Positions 1-8,276 of a DNA stretch of 32,000 nt are shown here, in pieces. The notes below the pieces were generated by a model. The model ran no database searches and had not been told where the DNA came from. It saw only the letters and a list, made by a program, of their open reading frames with translations. The stretch's first letter is position 1. The number at the start of each line of letters is the position of its first letter. Origin of the DNA: Pseudomonas phage 201phi2-1; sequence record NC_010821.1; one strand, given 5' to 3'. Made by a program: the position numbers and the translations under genes.

Positions 1-41
1 GTGCCAATTCGGGAACGAGTTAGTAGACTGTAATTCAGATC

Positions 42-56
42 TATATTACTGAGGTG
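42..56 (+). promoter_or_regulatory. Putative early promoter, TATATTACTGAGGTG
   Basis: Matches the TATATTACTnnnGTG element found at three other intergenic sites in the window and resembles the published phiKZ early-promoter core TATATTAC. It lies immediately 5' of the ORF at 61. Confidence 0.6.
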
Positions 57-60
57 TAAC

Positions 61-216
61 ATGGTTCGTACTGAAAAGACTATTGACGAGTTGTTAGCGT
101 ATATCAGTTTGAATAGACCTGAACGCGGATATGACATCATGTCAGTTGACGGAAAGGTCATTCATGTAATCGGCACCACCGCAAGAATAGTGGTGTCAGA
201 AAATAGAAAGGGGTAG
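61..216 (+). CDS. Small hypothetical protein, 51 aa (MVRTEKTIDELLAYISLNRPERGYDIMSVDGKVIHVIGTTARIVVSENRKG)
   Basis: Translated by hand. ATG start, TAG stop at 214-216, GAGGTG upstream, followed 3 nt later by the next ORF. It is below the length cut-off of the supplied ORF track. Confidence 0.6.
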   Translation: MVRTEKTIDELLAYISLNRPERGYDIMSVDGKVIHVIGTTARIVVSENRKG

Positions 217-219
217 TCT

Positions 220-831
220 ATGCAATATCAAGCCCATGGCGTGGACCTTATGGACATCGCCTGCGGCGGTTTTCTGGATTCTCAAACCACTAACTGGTTG
301 AACCAACGAAGTGAAGCTCTGATGTCTTCTGTCAGTAGCACTACGCAAAACTGGTTTAACAAAGCGCGGACGTTCTATACCACGATCTCTGAATCGGATG
401 CAATCCAAGCTCTACGTAATATCAGTGTTAAGACTGACGTGAGCTGGAAAAGTAATAGCATCTATTTCTGTAACAGTATCGAGCAGGTTCAAACAGCGAA
501 CCCAATCATGCAACGTTACATCATGGCTGAACCGCGCCTGCGTGACATGTATCTGAATCAATCCGTTGAAGGCTATGCTGGTAGTTATGAGAACTATCAT
601 GGTGATGCGCTGGGCGTAGGACACTATGATTATCGTCGAGTAACTGATGGCATTGTGATGGTTCATGATGATCACGCAATCGTGAATGAGTTCTATGAAC
701 TGATTCCAGATACCGACAAAGAACTGGACATCTTCCAGAAGGCCGACATCATCCGTACTTGGAACATGGTTAACCGTGCTCTTGATGCAGGTGAGATGGA
801 CCCAACTAGTCCAATTGGTAACTTGTTGTAA
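220..831 (+). CDS. Hypothetical phage protein (203 aa)
   Basis: Intact ORF, GGGGT-type RBS, followed by a hairpin/T-tract. Confidence 0.8.
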   Translation: MQYQAHGVDLMDIACGGFLDSQTTNWLNQRSEALMSSVSSTTQNWFNKARTFYTTISESDAIQALRNISVKTDVSWKSNSIYFCNSIEQVQTANPIMQRYIMAEPRLRDMYLNQSVEGYAGSYENYHGDALGVGHYDYRRVTDGIVMVHDDHAIVNEFYELIPDTDKELDIFQKADIIRTWNMVNRALDAGEMDPTSPIGNLL

Positions 832-837
832 ACCCCA

Positions 838-866
838 TAAAGCCTCTCCACACGGAGAGGCTTTTA
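838..866 (+). terminator. Rho-independent terminator
   Basis: AGCCTCTCC-ACAC-GGAGAGGCT stem (9 bp) followed by TTT. Confidence 0.75.
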
Positions 867-879
867 TACCGAGGTAGAC

Positions 880-1254
880 ATGAAAGTATATTTCTCAAAA
901 CTTGATAACGGTGATTGGATTTGTTATGATGCATTGAACACCACCGGTGATCTCTTCGTAGACCCTACCAAGATCAAGCTACTCCAAGAGAAGCTTGGTC
1001 GAGTGTACGATACCGCTATTCAGAATTCTGTTAACCAACTGATCGAATTTACGATGAGTGTCGATATTCCACATTTCGGTCAGATACACGTTAACTGCGA
1101 GCTGTGGTTTCATAATAATCGAATTTGTAATTTGAAGTTCATAAATGAGCCTGGTGAAGAACCTATTGGTGAATTCCACAAACAGTTCGTTCTTGAGCTG
1201 GATGGATTACCGGCTTTCGATCTTTACCCATATCCAGAGGCTGAAGAAAAGTGA
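880..1254 (+). CDS. Hypothetical protein (124 aa)
   Basis: ORF with GAGGTAGAC RBS before ATG; stop overlaps the next start. Confidence 0.75.
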   Translation: MKVYFSKLDNGDWICYDALNTTGDLFVDPTKIKLLQEKLGRVYDTAIQNSVNQLIEFTMSVDIPHFGQIHVNCELWFHNNRICNLKFINEPGEEPIGEFHKQFVLELDGLPAFDLYPYPEAEEK

Positions 1255-1721
1255 CTGATACTAATCCACTCACAGAACTAAGAGCAAAGCATCCTGGCGC
1301 CGGTACCAAAAGTGATGGTTGGCTTATGAATGCGCTTAAATTAACAACTGATGCCGGTGGTCGAGACTACTTCAATCAGTGGGTTGATGAGAAACCCAAA
1401 TCCAACAGTAAGCTACCTAAGATCCCGTACTCGTTCTACTATGACGAGAAATACCACTGGATCATGAAAGACCAATCCGGTCAAGATCGTGTGGTAGATC
1501 CTAGTCTGTGGGCGAAGATGTTAGGTCGTGAAGAAATGATCGATGGGCTACACTTCCTTGGTACTACTGTTGTGGATCAGTTCTATGGCGAGATGCGCCT
1601 GTGTCTTGAACTACGTTGGAAAGGCAATCGTGTAACTGAAGTACGCCTGTGTGCACCAGATGGCGATGTGATTAAAAGCAATCTGAATCAGTTCCACACG
1701 TCGTTCGACGAAGCGTTGTAA
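1251..1721 (+). CDS. Hypothetical protein (156 aa), GTG start
   Basis: GTGACTGA overlap with the upstream ORF; translationally coupled arrangement. Confidence 0.75.
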   Translation: MTDTNPLTELRAKHPGAGTKSDGWLMNALKLTTDAGGRDYFNQWVDEKPKSNSKLPKIPYSFYYDEKYHWIMKDQSGQDRVVDPSLWAKMLGREEMIDGLHFLGTTVVDQFYGEMRLCLELRWKGNRVTEVRLCAPDGDVIKSNLNQFHTSFDEAL

Positions 1722-1739
1722 TCAGCATAATCTTGTGTA

Positions 1740-1779
1740 GTGGAACCTTCGGGTTCCACATCACTTGCTTTTCTTTTTT
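1740..1779 (+). terminator. Rho-independent terminator with UUCG loop
   Basis: GTGGAACC-TTCG-GGTTCCAC followed by a T-rich tract (CTTTTCTTTTTT). Confidence 0.85.
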
Positions 1780-1792
1780 GAGGATTTTCCAG

Positions 1793-2212
1793 ATGGCATC
1801 ATACGGAAAGTATAGAAGTGTTAATATACTGGCTCACTTCGCTGACGTTGTAGCGGAGCATGGACCATTTGATCCCAACGAGCGTGTCCAAGTGATACTT
1901 AGTCGGGATGGTCGATACACGATCGGTGGCGCTGATGCTTTCGACGAGAACGGATTCCCTAAGTACTACTTAGATCTTAGGAAATACTTGGTTAATACAA
2001 TCGACGGGGTACGCTATCTTAGTAATGGTGCACTATTGGTGGATTCCGATAATAAACGTTACGCTGTTTATATCTCGGATACGAAGCCAGATTATATCTT
2101 ACCTTACGCGATACATGTATCGTTTAAGGCTGCACCAGATAACTATTACTTCACCCAGTCTATGGATCTACCTTCGGACCATCCGTTCCTTCAGGCGTTT
2201 AAACGCGTCTAA
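1793..2212 (+). CDS. Hypothetical protein (MASYGKYRSVN...)
   Basis: The ORF track starts at 1733, but that start lies within the terminator region. ATG 1793 follows TTTTTTGAGGATTTTCCAG, so the shorter start is preferred. Confidence 0.75.
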   Translation: MASYGKYRSVNILAHFADVVAEHGPFDPNERVQVILSRDGRYTIGGADAFDENGFPKYYLDLRKYLVNTIDGVRYLSNGALLVDSDNKRYAVYISDTKPDYILPYAIHVSFKAAPDNYYFTQSMDLPSDHPFLQAFKRV

Positions 2213-2215
2213 CTT

Positions 2216-2255
2216 AGCGGAGCCAGTGGCTCCGCTTTCTACCCCTTTCTTTTTT
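2216..2255 (+). terminator. Rho-independent terminator
   Basis: AGCGGAGCC-AGT-GGCTCCGCT stem (9 bp) followed by a T-rich tract (TTTCTTTTTT). Confidence 0.85.
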
Positions 2256-2263
2256 GGTGACCT

Positions 2264-2668
2264 ATGGCAACTTCAATACCAACACTGGGCATCACAGGTT
2301 GGATTAACGACCTAGCGGCTTCAGCGGACTATATGCTAGCCTGCTATATTACCGCGAACGTTTACGACTCCGTATTACATTACGGACAAAATACTACAAT
2401 GCAATATACATTGAAGACATTTGCCAACAACATGCAGGCCATCGAAGAACGCATGCATGATGACCTATTGGCTAAATTCCAAGTAGTCTTTGGTGACTCA
2501 GCTGAAGTTACAGTTGAAGTTGACACTGAAGATGACAACAAACCAGACCAATACACCATTCGTTTTACGGGTACAGTGTATGATGGCTCTACCGCTTATG
2601 TGGTGGGTCGTTTAGTACAGTATGAAAACGGACGTGTGATTCGAATTGCTAAGATTAACAACGGGTAA
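2264..2668 (+). CDS. Hypothetical protein (134 aa)
   Basis: Intact ORF between terminator and next gene. Confidence 0.75.
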   Translation: MATSIPTLGITGWINDLAASADYMLACYITANVYDSVLHYGQNTTMQYTLKTFANNMQAIEERMHDDLLAKFQVVFGDSAEVTVEVDTEDDNKPDQYTIRFTGTVYDGSTAYVVGRLVQYENGRVIRIAKINNG

Positions 2669-2673
2669 TTAAA

Positions 2674-3180
2674 ATGATCGATACATCCCCTAATGGTCAA
2701 TTGGATCGTCTTGCACAAGACGTAGCTTATATTAAGATGGAACTCACCAAACTGAACAAACGTCTGGATGAGTCAGATACATTTACTCTGAAGATTCTTC
2801 ATACTCTCAAGCGTGGTGAAGAAACCTTTGATCTACGTATTGCTCGTTCACAATACAATCTGTTTGCAGGTCTTGCTCATTCGCTTGAACATTCCATTGA
2901 AGATTTCACCAGTCGTCTACAGGCACGTCAACGAGGTTTTGAAGTACACGTCGTTGATGGTAAAACTGTTCTGGAGAACTCGGATACTATTCAAGTGGCA
3001 CGTGTGACTGAAGATACCTATGATTACTCGCCTGCGGCCACACCTGACGAGATTAACAATGTAGGTACTGAACCATTCACTAAGTATTTTAATGAACACC
3101 CTGAAGTGTTTGGTGATCGCAAGGTTATTCTGGTCAACATTCTAACTGAACAACTACCTGAGGTTCCTGTAGATGTCTAA
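2674..3180 (+). CDS. Hypothetical protein (168 aa), predicted coiled-coil N-terminus
   Basis: Intact ORF, heptad-like N-terminus (VAYIKMELTKLNKRLDES). Confidence 0.75.
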   Translation: MIDTSPNGQLDRLAQDVAYIKMELTKLNKRLDESDTFTLKILHTLKRGEETFDLRIARSQYNLFAGLAHSLEHSIEDFTSRLQARQRGFEVHVVDGKTVLENSDTIQVARVTEDTYDYSPAATPDEINNVGTEPFTKYFNEHPEVFGDRKVILVNILTEQLPEVPVDV

Positions 3181-3778
3181 ACCTAATTACCTTAACGGTA
3201 TGTTGGTAGGATATCAAGAATTGGATCGGGCTATTAACGACATCCTTGCTAACGATGAACGGCAAACACCGGTCGTTGGCGAAGATGTTTTTATTAACCA
3301 CATCATTCCTATTCTCCAGCAACCATGGAAAGAAGAGAACCTTCGCAAGTACGGACGTTATGTAGTTGAACCTACACAAGCCCTCCGTGTAGCAGGTGTG
3401 CGGGATGGTAAGACCGTTGTACTATTTACCATTCCACCATTGATGGGTCGAGTTGATACCACATCGCCAGTCGTTAGCGGTATTACCGTTAACCAGTTGG
3501 TTGAGTATGCATCTATTATGCGTGCTCGACACACCGGTGAAAACGTCGATGGCAACGTTACAGAATACTTGCATCAAATCACTAATCAGATTCCACCAGA
3601 GCAGAAAGTTCTGGTTCCCATTGGCGCCATCTTGGGAGTTTATGGTAAGACCTTCCTAGACGACATGGGTCATCCACTATACTCACTTGAAGGCGTTCCT
3701 AATCAGGTTACGGGTGAACTACCCCGTGCCACTGATGAAACTCAGTTTGTAAGTGCCGGATATATTGATGAAGACTGA
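3173..3778 (+). CDS. Hypothetical protein (201 aa)
   Basis: Overlaps the previous ORF by 8 nt in a co-directional array. Confidence 0.75.
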   Translation: MSKPNYLNGMLVGYQELDRAINDILANDERQTPVVGEDVFINHIIPILQQPWKEENLRKYGRYVVEPTQALRVAGVRDGKTVVLFTIPPLMGRVDTTSPVVSGITVNQLVEYASIMRARHTGENVDGNVTEYLHQITNQIPPEQKVLVPIGAILGVYGKTFLDDMGHPLYSLEGVPNQVTGELPRATDETQFVSAGYIDED

Positions 3779-4913
3779 CCAGACTAAAAAGCCTGGTGTG
3801 TTTAGCTATATCAGTCTTGGCGATGTTCACTTAGGGCATCGCCAGACACCTGCTACCCACATCATTCGCAACTTGAACCGCCTGATCCATGACGAGTTAT
3901 TGAAGACCCTCGATGCGATCTTTATTACCGGTGACCTTTTTGATCGACAGCTTAATAATGGTGACGACGATGTTCACGCTATTAACCGCTGGATCACTTT
4001 TCTGATGTTCAAGTGTGCTGCGTATGATGTCCACATTTATATCGTGGAGGGTACGCCAAGCCACGATCGTATGCAATCTCAATTCTTTGTTGAGCAGAAA
4101 GTTAACGCCAATATTCCAGTTAACCTACATTACGCCAAAGAGCTAGAGATTGTGTACAACGAGCGCTTTGACGCTCATATTCTTTTTGTCCCTGATAAAT
4201 GGCATCCATCCACAGCTGTGACGTTATCACAGGTTAAAGAACTGATGGCAGCCAAGGGCTTAGAGCAAGTTGATTTCGCTATCATGCATGGTGCATTCAG
4301 CTATCAATTACCCTCAATCGTAGAAGAGCCTACCCACGATGAAGTCGAATACAGAAAACTTGTACGGCACCAGATTCTCATCGGACACGTACACATTCAA
4401 ACCGTTACAGAAAAGATTTACGCCGCTGGATCTTTCGATCGTATATGCCACAATGACGAGATTCCAAAAGGAATGTTCCTTTTCAATGTTAGACAGGACG
4501 GCACTTTTGATGCACAATTCATCGAAAACAAGTGGGCTAAGCAATACGTCACGTGGGATGTCCACGGCCTCGATACCAAAGAACTTAATCATGCGGTTAA
4601 GGAACGGATCAAAGGACTTCCACGCGGTAGTTCGATCCGACTTAGATGCGACCCAGGCGACGTAGCCAATGGTGATATCGATTCGTTCCGTAAAGAATAC
4701 CCGGAACAGGATTGGCAGATCACTGTGGAAAAAGCTACTGCTAAGAAGAATACTGTAATGGAATCCATTCGTAACTTCGATATGTCAGAGTTTGTTCCTA
4801 TCACCAAAGACAACCTGCTTGAACTACTGCTGTACGAACTGGAAACCAATGGGCACTCTGAGACAACTGTAGAACGTTGCGCTAAGAGATATACAGATTA
4901 CATTAAGGGTTAA
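3768..4913 (+). CDS. Metallophosphoesterase, SbcD/Mre11-like nuclease subunit
   Basis: Motifs GDVHLGH, GDLFDR, GTPSHD (in the GNHD position), HGAF and GHVH in canonical order. Start ATG 3768 (MKTDQTKKPG) preferred over GTG 3753. Confidence 0.8.
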   Translation: MKTDQTKKPGVFSYISLGDVHLGHRQTPATHIIRNLNRLIHDELLKTLDAIFITGDLFDRQLNNGDDDVHAINRWITFLMFKCAAYDVHIYIVEGTPSHDRMQSQFFVEQKVNANIPVNLHYAKELEIVYNERFDAHILFVPDKWHPSTAVTLSQVKELMAAKGLEQVDFAIMHGAFSYQLPSIVEEPTHDEVEYRKLVRHQILIGHVHIQTVTEKIYAAGSFDRICHNDEIPKGMFLFNVRQDGTFDAQFIENKWAKQYVTWDVHGLDTKELNHAVKERIKGLPRGSSIRLRCDPGDVANGDIDSFRKEYPEQDWQITVEKATAKKNTVMESIRNFDMSEFVPITKDNLLELLLYELETNGHSETTVERCAKRYTDYIKG

Positions 4914-4916
4914 GCA

Positions 4917-5741
4917 ATGGATCTCATTGAAAGAGAAATTGGGAAGATACCCGTTAGTATCGGAACATCTCTTGCCTTTGAGGGTTACTTAGACATCCAC
5001 CCAAACCAACCTAAGCAACCAATTGACGTTAAAACGGTTAAAGAGATTTGGGTCAACCTTAGAACGTTGGCCCGTAATCTATGGCAAGCTGTACCCACCG
5101 CAGAGGTAGCGAACTTAAACCCTGCGGGAGCAGTGGATGTTCTAATGCAGGAGGTACAAACCATTCCCGTTGCGCTCGCCCAATATGGAGCCAGAGCTAA
5201 AGTCCGCTATTACATCACAGGTAAAGATGCGATGAAGTGGACTTTCCCTAATGCTACATTCAAGCAAGCCAAAACGCCAAAACAAATGGCATATGAAGTT
5301 TACGAACGCTATGCAGCGATTGAGTTGTATAAGCGAATGAAAGACGAAGGTATGGCTGTTATTCTGATCGATCGGAAACCGCCTCCTAGTGACGGTACGG
5401 TTGCTCTACTAACACACTACCCTTCGGATCTTTTGTGGAAAGAACATTTCAATCGTTTACTATTGTTGGAATCACATACCGGTAAATTGAAACCGTGGAA
5501 TATGTGGTACACCAAACTACAGAACATCTCTGAAGACACACCGATGCCCTTTAACAAATTTACGTTACAGGTATTCGGTGACAACGTGGACCTAGTTCCA
5601 CAACCACGTAATATCATCGGTCAGTTGAAGCAGATGGCTACCTCCAAACGATGGAGTCCTGTTACTACTGAAGCCAAGATGTACCATGACATTCAGTCTG
5701 GTAGCAAAGAACTTAAAGAAGCCTACGCCAAATTGAGATAA
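4917..5741 (+). CDS. Hypothetical protein (274 aa)
   Basis: Intact ORF 3 nt after the SbcD-like gene, likely same transcript. Confidence 0.75.
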   Translation: MDLIEREIGKIPVSIGTSLAFEGYLDIHPNQPKQPIDVKTVKEIWVNLRTLARNLWQAVPTAEVANLNPAGAVDVLMQEVQTIPVALAQYGARAKVRYYITGKDAMKWTFPNATFKQAKTPKQMAYEVYERYAAIELYKRMKDEGMAVILIDRKPPPSDGTVALLTHYPSDLLWKEHFNRLLLLESHTGKLKPWNMWYTKLQNISEDTPMPFNKFTLQVFGDNVDLVPQPRNIIGQLKQMATSKRWSPVTTEAKMYHDIQSGSKELKEAYAKLR

Positions 5742-5765
5742 TACTCGTAAGCTTATCATACGTAG

Positions 5766-5790
5766 CACTTTCGCGAAGTGTATATTTTTT
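5766..5790 (+). terminator. Weak rho-independent terminator
   Basis: CACTT-TCGCG-AAGTG (5 bp) followed by TATATTTTTT. Confidence 0.5.
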
Positions 5791-5808
5791 AAAACTCTGG
5801 AGTTAACA

Positions 5809-6552
5809 ATGTCGCAACAACAAAACTTTCCTGCACCAACCCTGAACGTCTTTTCCGTTATGTCGAACTGGATGTTTGCTGACCCTGTCGATGGGGCACA
5901 GAAACGTCCGAGCATGCGAGTAGGCGTATTTGGTAACGTGCCGCGTATCACTGTAAAAACTAACCTACCAAATGACCTGAACCATGGTAAGATTGATTTC
6001 AACATGGATCTGGCTACCTTCGCTGTAGGTATGGCTTACCTGCAAGATCTGGTTGAAGGTAAGGATGTTCCACAGGAACAGAAGTTTGAATATCAGGACG
6101 ATTTCGTTGCTGGTAAGAAACTGGACAAGATCATTACCCTGTCTACTTGGGTAATTGGTAAAGCTGCTGATGGTCGTATCTATATGGCGGTTATCAGCTC
6201 ACAAGCTCAGCGTCCACGCATCCGTTTCTTCTTCGGTCCTACCAAGTACCACAACATCAAGAATGGTGACGGTTCTCAAGTCGGTACTGATCTGATCTCG
6301 GCAGCTTACGCTCGTGGCTTTGCCCGTAGTTCGGAACAGCTGGTCTACATTCTGTTGGGTGGTCCATCTTTCGACCCTAACGCTAAGAACGTTGCTAACC
6401 CTGCCAACTTTGGTGGCGGTGGTGGTAATGGCGGTGGCCAAGGTGGTGGTTTTAACAAAGGCGGTAACGGCGGACAACGTCCACAATACAGTGGTGGTAA
6501 TCAACAAAGTCAACCTGCCGCTGACACAGAACTGGCCAGCTTCGATTGGTGA
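5809..6552 (+). CDS. Single-stranded DNA-binding protein-like (247 aa)
   Basis: Globular N-terminal region, then a GGGGGNGGGQGGGFNKGGNGG linker and an acidic aromatic tip (ADTELASFDW), the typical SSB C-terminal arrangement. No OB-fold match could be tested. Confidence 0.55.
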   Translation: MSQQQNFPAPTLNVFSVMSNWMFADPVDGAQKRPSMRVGVFGNVPRITVKTNLPNDLNHGKIDFNMDLATFAVGMAYLQDLVEGKDVPQEQKFEYQDDFVAGKKLDKIITLSTWVIGKAADGRIYMAVISSQAQRPRIRFFFGPTKYHNIKNGDGSQVGTDLISAAYARGFARSSEQLVYILLGGPSFDPNAKNVANPANFGGGGGNGGGQGGGFNKGGNGGQRPQYSGGNQQSQPAADTELASFDW

Positions 6553-6566
6553 TAATCTAAAAACAT

Positions 6567-6594
6567 CAGCTATCTTGATTCGTCAGGATAGCTG
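6567..6594 (+). other. 12-bp hairpin with UUCG loop and no U-tract
   Basis: CAGCTATCTTGA-TTCG-TCAGGATAGCTG (one T.G wobble), just 3' of the SSB-like gene. Confidence 0.6.
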
Positions 6595-6640
6595 TATGCC
6601 CCAATCGTCGGTTTAGGGTTAATACAAAATATTTGAGATT

Positions 6641-6655
6641 TATATTACTGGTGTG
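6641..6655 (+). promoter_or_regulatory. Putative early promoter TATATTACTGGTGTG
   Basis: Intergenic copy with upstream context ATTTGAGATT shared exactly with the copy at 11703. Confidence 0.75.
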
Positions 6656-6678
6656 TAGTATATAGATGAGGATTGACT

Positions 6679-8262
6679 ATGGAGTTTTTTGTTTCCAATG
6701 TACAGGGCGCAGGTTTTACAGAAGTATCCGTGAAGCACGGCGATGAAGTATTAACTTGGTCAACTAGAACTTACAGTAAGGTACAACTAGCCAACCCTAA
6801 TCGGGTGTTTAATGAACTGAATGGTTTTCTACAAACACTACCGCCTGCTACGCACGATAAAATGTTCACGAGTTACAGTGAGATCAATCGACTGTTTCGA
6901 ATGGGCTTTGAACCGCAGCATCTGGTTAACACACTGGTTCACCACATCGAGGAGATCTATAAGTGTCTTCCGATGAATGCACTACGACGCTGGTTGTTGA
7001 CTATAGGTAACATCTATATTCCAGCTGACACACAAGATACGATCACACAGGACTCTCGCTATAACAAGCGTGGTCAGACTTATCTCAAATCAGACTACAT
7101 TAACCTTGCAACTGTTGCCATGGCACTGCAAGCAATGATTCCAGTTTGGGGTGAGTATATCGATCAGTGCACTGACCAAGAACTCTATAAAGAGAACTCG
7201 GTTGTTGGACTGGTACATCGCTGTGAACTAACGAACTGGCCACTCAATGAAACCGATGCGATGGGTGAAGAGATCCCAACCGCATGGGAAAAATTGGATG
7301 ACTATATTCGTTATCGAGTTGAAGATGAGCCTAACACACTGCCTCGGCAATGGGCTGGCCAATCCGCAACCGACGTTCGAGTGTTGCTGCATTCCAAAGT
7401 ACTGGTACGTCGCCTGACGATCATTCCTCTTAACGATCACTCCAGTCACTCTATCGTATCTAACATCTTCAGCTATGTGCGTACTAACGTATCTCCAGCT
7501 GAACGAAGTACCGCTGATCGGGTAGCTAAGAAACAACCTGAAGGTGGTTCTAGCATGGATGACGAAAACAAAACGTCGTTCATTGAATCTCATAAAACAA
7601 CTAGTCGAATTAGTCCTGGTGACGTTACGATGTACAACCTGGAGGCTAAGGACTATGTAATGTTGGCTGAGACTGTAGATCCAACGATCTGCAAAGATAA
7701 ACTGGCACAGTGTATTAGTTGTATTGACCATGTAGCGCAGATTGAAATTCGTCCACATCAGATCCTGCTGGCACAATGGGTTATGGCAAAAGCATTTCCT
7801 GCTCGAGCATTCTATCATATCTCCAAGCTACCAGTGAACTATCTGTTGGCCACGACCCAAGCATTGTTGTGGCATTGGGGTTTTAAAGACGCTGCAATCA
7901 TGATGCAAGTTGAGCCAGTGATGTACGGTGAACATGGTTCTACCACGCAGCTCACTCAGGCACGACAAGGTTCTCGTATTGCTAACCGGTTCCGTCCACA
8001 ACTGGATGAACTGTTCCCGCATATGAAGCTTCAAAAGACCCCGCAGAATGGGTCTGAAACACCTAAGCCAGAAAACATGGCAGGGCTGGCTATCAACAAC
8101 TGCAACCATTCGATCCGCGGTTCCAACTGGGTCTATCATGGACCGATGCGGCTGTTTGAAGAAGCTGGGCAGATCACTCATAACCGGGTACTGATTATCC
8201 CGCAGACCATCAAACATACGCTCACCGAAGTTGTAATCCATTTGGCACAGATCAACCAGTAA
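6679..8262 (+). CDS. Conserved-type phage protein of unknown function (527 aa)
   Basis: ATG 6679 (MEFFVSNVQGAG) preceded by GAGGATTGACT; the track start TTG 6673 is less likely. Confidence 0.75.
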   Translation: MEFFVSNVQGAGFTEVSVKHGDEVLTWSTRTYSKVQLANPNRVFNELNGFLQTLPPATHDKMFTSYSEINRLFRMGFEPQHLVNTLVHHIEEIYKCLPMNALRRWLLTIGNIYIPADTQDTITQDSRYNKRGQTYLKSDYINLATVAMALQAMIPVWGEYIDQCTDQELYKENSVVGLVHRCELTNWPLNETDAMGEEIPTAWEKLDDYIRYRVEDEPNTLPRQWAGQSATDVRVLLHSKVLVRRLTIIPLNDHSSHSIVSNIFSYVRTNVSPAERSTADRVAKKQPEGGSSMDDENKTSFIESHKTTSRISPGDVTMYNLEAKDYVMLAETVDPTICKDKLAQCISCIDHVAQIEIRPHQILLAQWVMAKAFPARAFYHISKLPVNYLLATTQALLWHWGFKDAAIMMQVEPVMYGEHGSTTQLTQARQGSRIANRFRPQLDELFPHMKLQKTPQNGSETPKPENMAGLAINNCNHSIRGSNWVYHGPMRLFEEAGQITHNRVLIIPQTIKHTLTEVVIHLAQINQ

Positions 8263-8276
8263 GAGGTACGCAATAG

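Noticed and set aside
2345-2352. TATATTAC match inside the 2264-2668 gene
   Set aside because: Intragenic, followed by CGCGAAC rather than nnnGTG and not 5' of a gene start; likely chance.
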